Shown: positions 62,668 through 64,000 of the stretch, in pieces
How positions within the stretch are numbered: the stretch's first letter is position 1
How the letters are laid out: each line of letters starts with the position of its first letter
Assembly: GCA_032718475.1 (NCBI GenBank)
Contig: JAUCBJ010006520.1
Location: 22,248-86,247, forward strand
DNA length: 64,000 bases
Reading direction: 5' to 3'
Origin: Nemertoderma westbladi
Taxonomy: Eukaryota > Animalia > Xenacoelomorpha
Translations under genes and position numbers: made by a program
Notes under the pieces: generated by a model
What the model was told of the DNA's origin: nothing
The model's input: the letters and a program-made list of their open reading frames with translations, nothing else
Databases searched by the model: none

Positions 62668-63454
62668 TAGTGTGTTTTGTGCACACCCCCCCCCCCCCCC
62701 CGCCCCCCCCCCAAATTTTTTATACTAGCTAGTTTTTGTTACTTTTTTTTAATGTTCTAGTACATATTGTCTATTCATTTTTTTTATTAATTTTGTTCTA
62801 GAACAAATAATTGTTATTCTAGAACAAAATTAATTAATTTTAATTTTAATTAATTAAATGTATTTTTGAAGTTATCAAAGCTAGCTTTTTAATTTTCTAG
62901 AACATATCGTCTATTTATTTTAAAAGAAAGTAATGTTCTAGAACAAATATTTTTTGTTCTAGAACATTTAAAAAAATGTTATTTTGTGGTGTTTTTTATT
63001 TGATTAGTAAGTGTTAAAAACAATTACTAACAACTACAAATTGTCATTGTAGCTAGTGTTTTTTTATTAAATTTGTGATACAAATTTAATACAAATAAAC
63101 AAAGATATACAATACAAATATATAAAATACAAATATAGATTTTTTGTTCTGGAACAAATAATATTTGTCCTAAAACAAAATTTTTATATTAAATGAATAG
63201 ATAATATACTCTAGAACATTTAAAAAAAAAAGGAAACAAAAACTAGCTAGTTTAAAAAATTTGTACAAAGATAACATACAATAAAAAATGAAAAAGATAA
63301 ACAAATTAACTAGTTTTTTTCTATTTTTTGTTCTAGAACAAAATTTTTATATTAAAAAAATAGATTATATGTTCTAGAACTTTAAAAAAAAGTAACAAAA
63401 ACTAGCTAGTATAAAAAAAAAGTTGAGGGGGGAGGGTGTGCACAAAACACACTA
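62668..63454. mobile_element. Palindromic MITE with long imperfect arms
   Basis: Perfect 21-bp TIR TAGTGTGTTTTGTGCACACCC/GGGTGTGCACAAAACACACTA, inner mirror TATACTAGCTAGTTTTTGTTAC and many TGTTCTAGAACA palindromes. Confidence 0.85.
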
Positions 63455-63537
63455 GTACCAGGTTTTCCATGGAGACAAATTAACTGTTAAATCCGTTCTA
63501 GAAACTAGTCGGTTTTTAGTAATTCTACACAGCTGCG

Positions 63538-63909
63538 ATGATTAAAACTATTCCTTTTGTCATTGGTATTACCGTAGTCGCATTGTTGTTGCCGTTCGAT
63601 CTTGTCATATTTGAGGGTTTCGTTTGTTTGTGTTTATTTGCATTATTAGTGTTATTTTTAGTTGCGTTTCTAACTGGTAACAACCAACTACGTGTTTACG
63701 CTATGGCTATATCTATCCCCATCTACGTGGTGTGTATCATGTTGTACACACAGATAACATTCCGACACAAAACAGCACCAATATTGGGAGGCATCAACTA
63801 TATATTCGCAGTAATTGGTTTCCACTTCAGCATATCAAACTATTTGCCGGGGTTGTTCGACATTACCGGTACTTGGCCGGTTGATGATGCAGAAGAACTT
63901 CTTGACTAA
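63538..63909 (+). CDS. Possible small multi-pass membrane protein or terminal exon (123 aa)
   Basis: Non-repetitive ORF with 3-4 hydrophobic segments and an acidic tail; acceptor-like ctacaCAG just upstream; no confident family match. Confidence 0.35.
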   Translation: MIKTIPFVIGITVVALLLPFDLVIFEGFVCLCLFALLVLFLVAFLTGNNQLRVYAMAISIPIYVVCIMLYTQITFRHKTAPILGGINYIFAVIGFHFSISNYLPGLFDITGTWPVDDAEELLD

Positions 63910-64000
63910 TTTTTGCAGATCAAATAGTAGAAAAAATATATGCGGATCATTTGACGAGTTTGTCGATGTGGGTGGACGCACAAGGGTATAATTACTTTGG

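Overview
Eukaryotic (metazoan-looking, lineage not determinable from this window) genomic DNA: GC-richer exons in AT-rich, repeat-laden introns with GT-AG splice sites. Supported genes: (1) the last four coding exons of a pyruvate kinase (+, 19437-30315); I found no 5' exons in the window, so an upstream intron of >19 kb appears to host (2) an antisense TMCC/TEX28-family gene with an uninterrupted ORF (-, 15650-17362) and probably exons of another antisense gene (-, 2843-4866); (3) a two-exon peroxisomal alkyl-DHAP synthase (AGPS, +, 47028-49526) ending in a PTS1 (SKL) and lacking the vertebrate PTS2 presequence; (4) the first three coding exons of a probable WD40 (WDR87-like) gene (+, 53570-55968). 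About a third of the window is nine unrelated mini/macro-satellites, including a 39-bp satellite with a 1221-bp, 29-monomer higher-order repeat. There are also many DNA-transposon derivatives (a degenerate Academ element with nested inserts; hAT-, piggyBac-, Harbinger-, Sola1- and Helentron-like elements) and LINE fragments. The most striking pattern is that two unrelated genes each carry a minisatellite that begins exactly at an exon 3' end and tandemly multiplies the complete 5' splice site about 27 times, with a hairpin in every unit. All long ORFs inside satellites are artefacts. Coordinates and copy numbers were counted by eye and may be off by a few bases.
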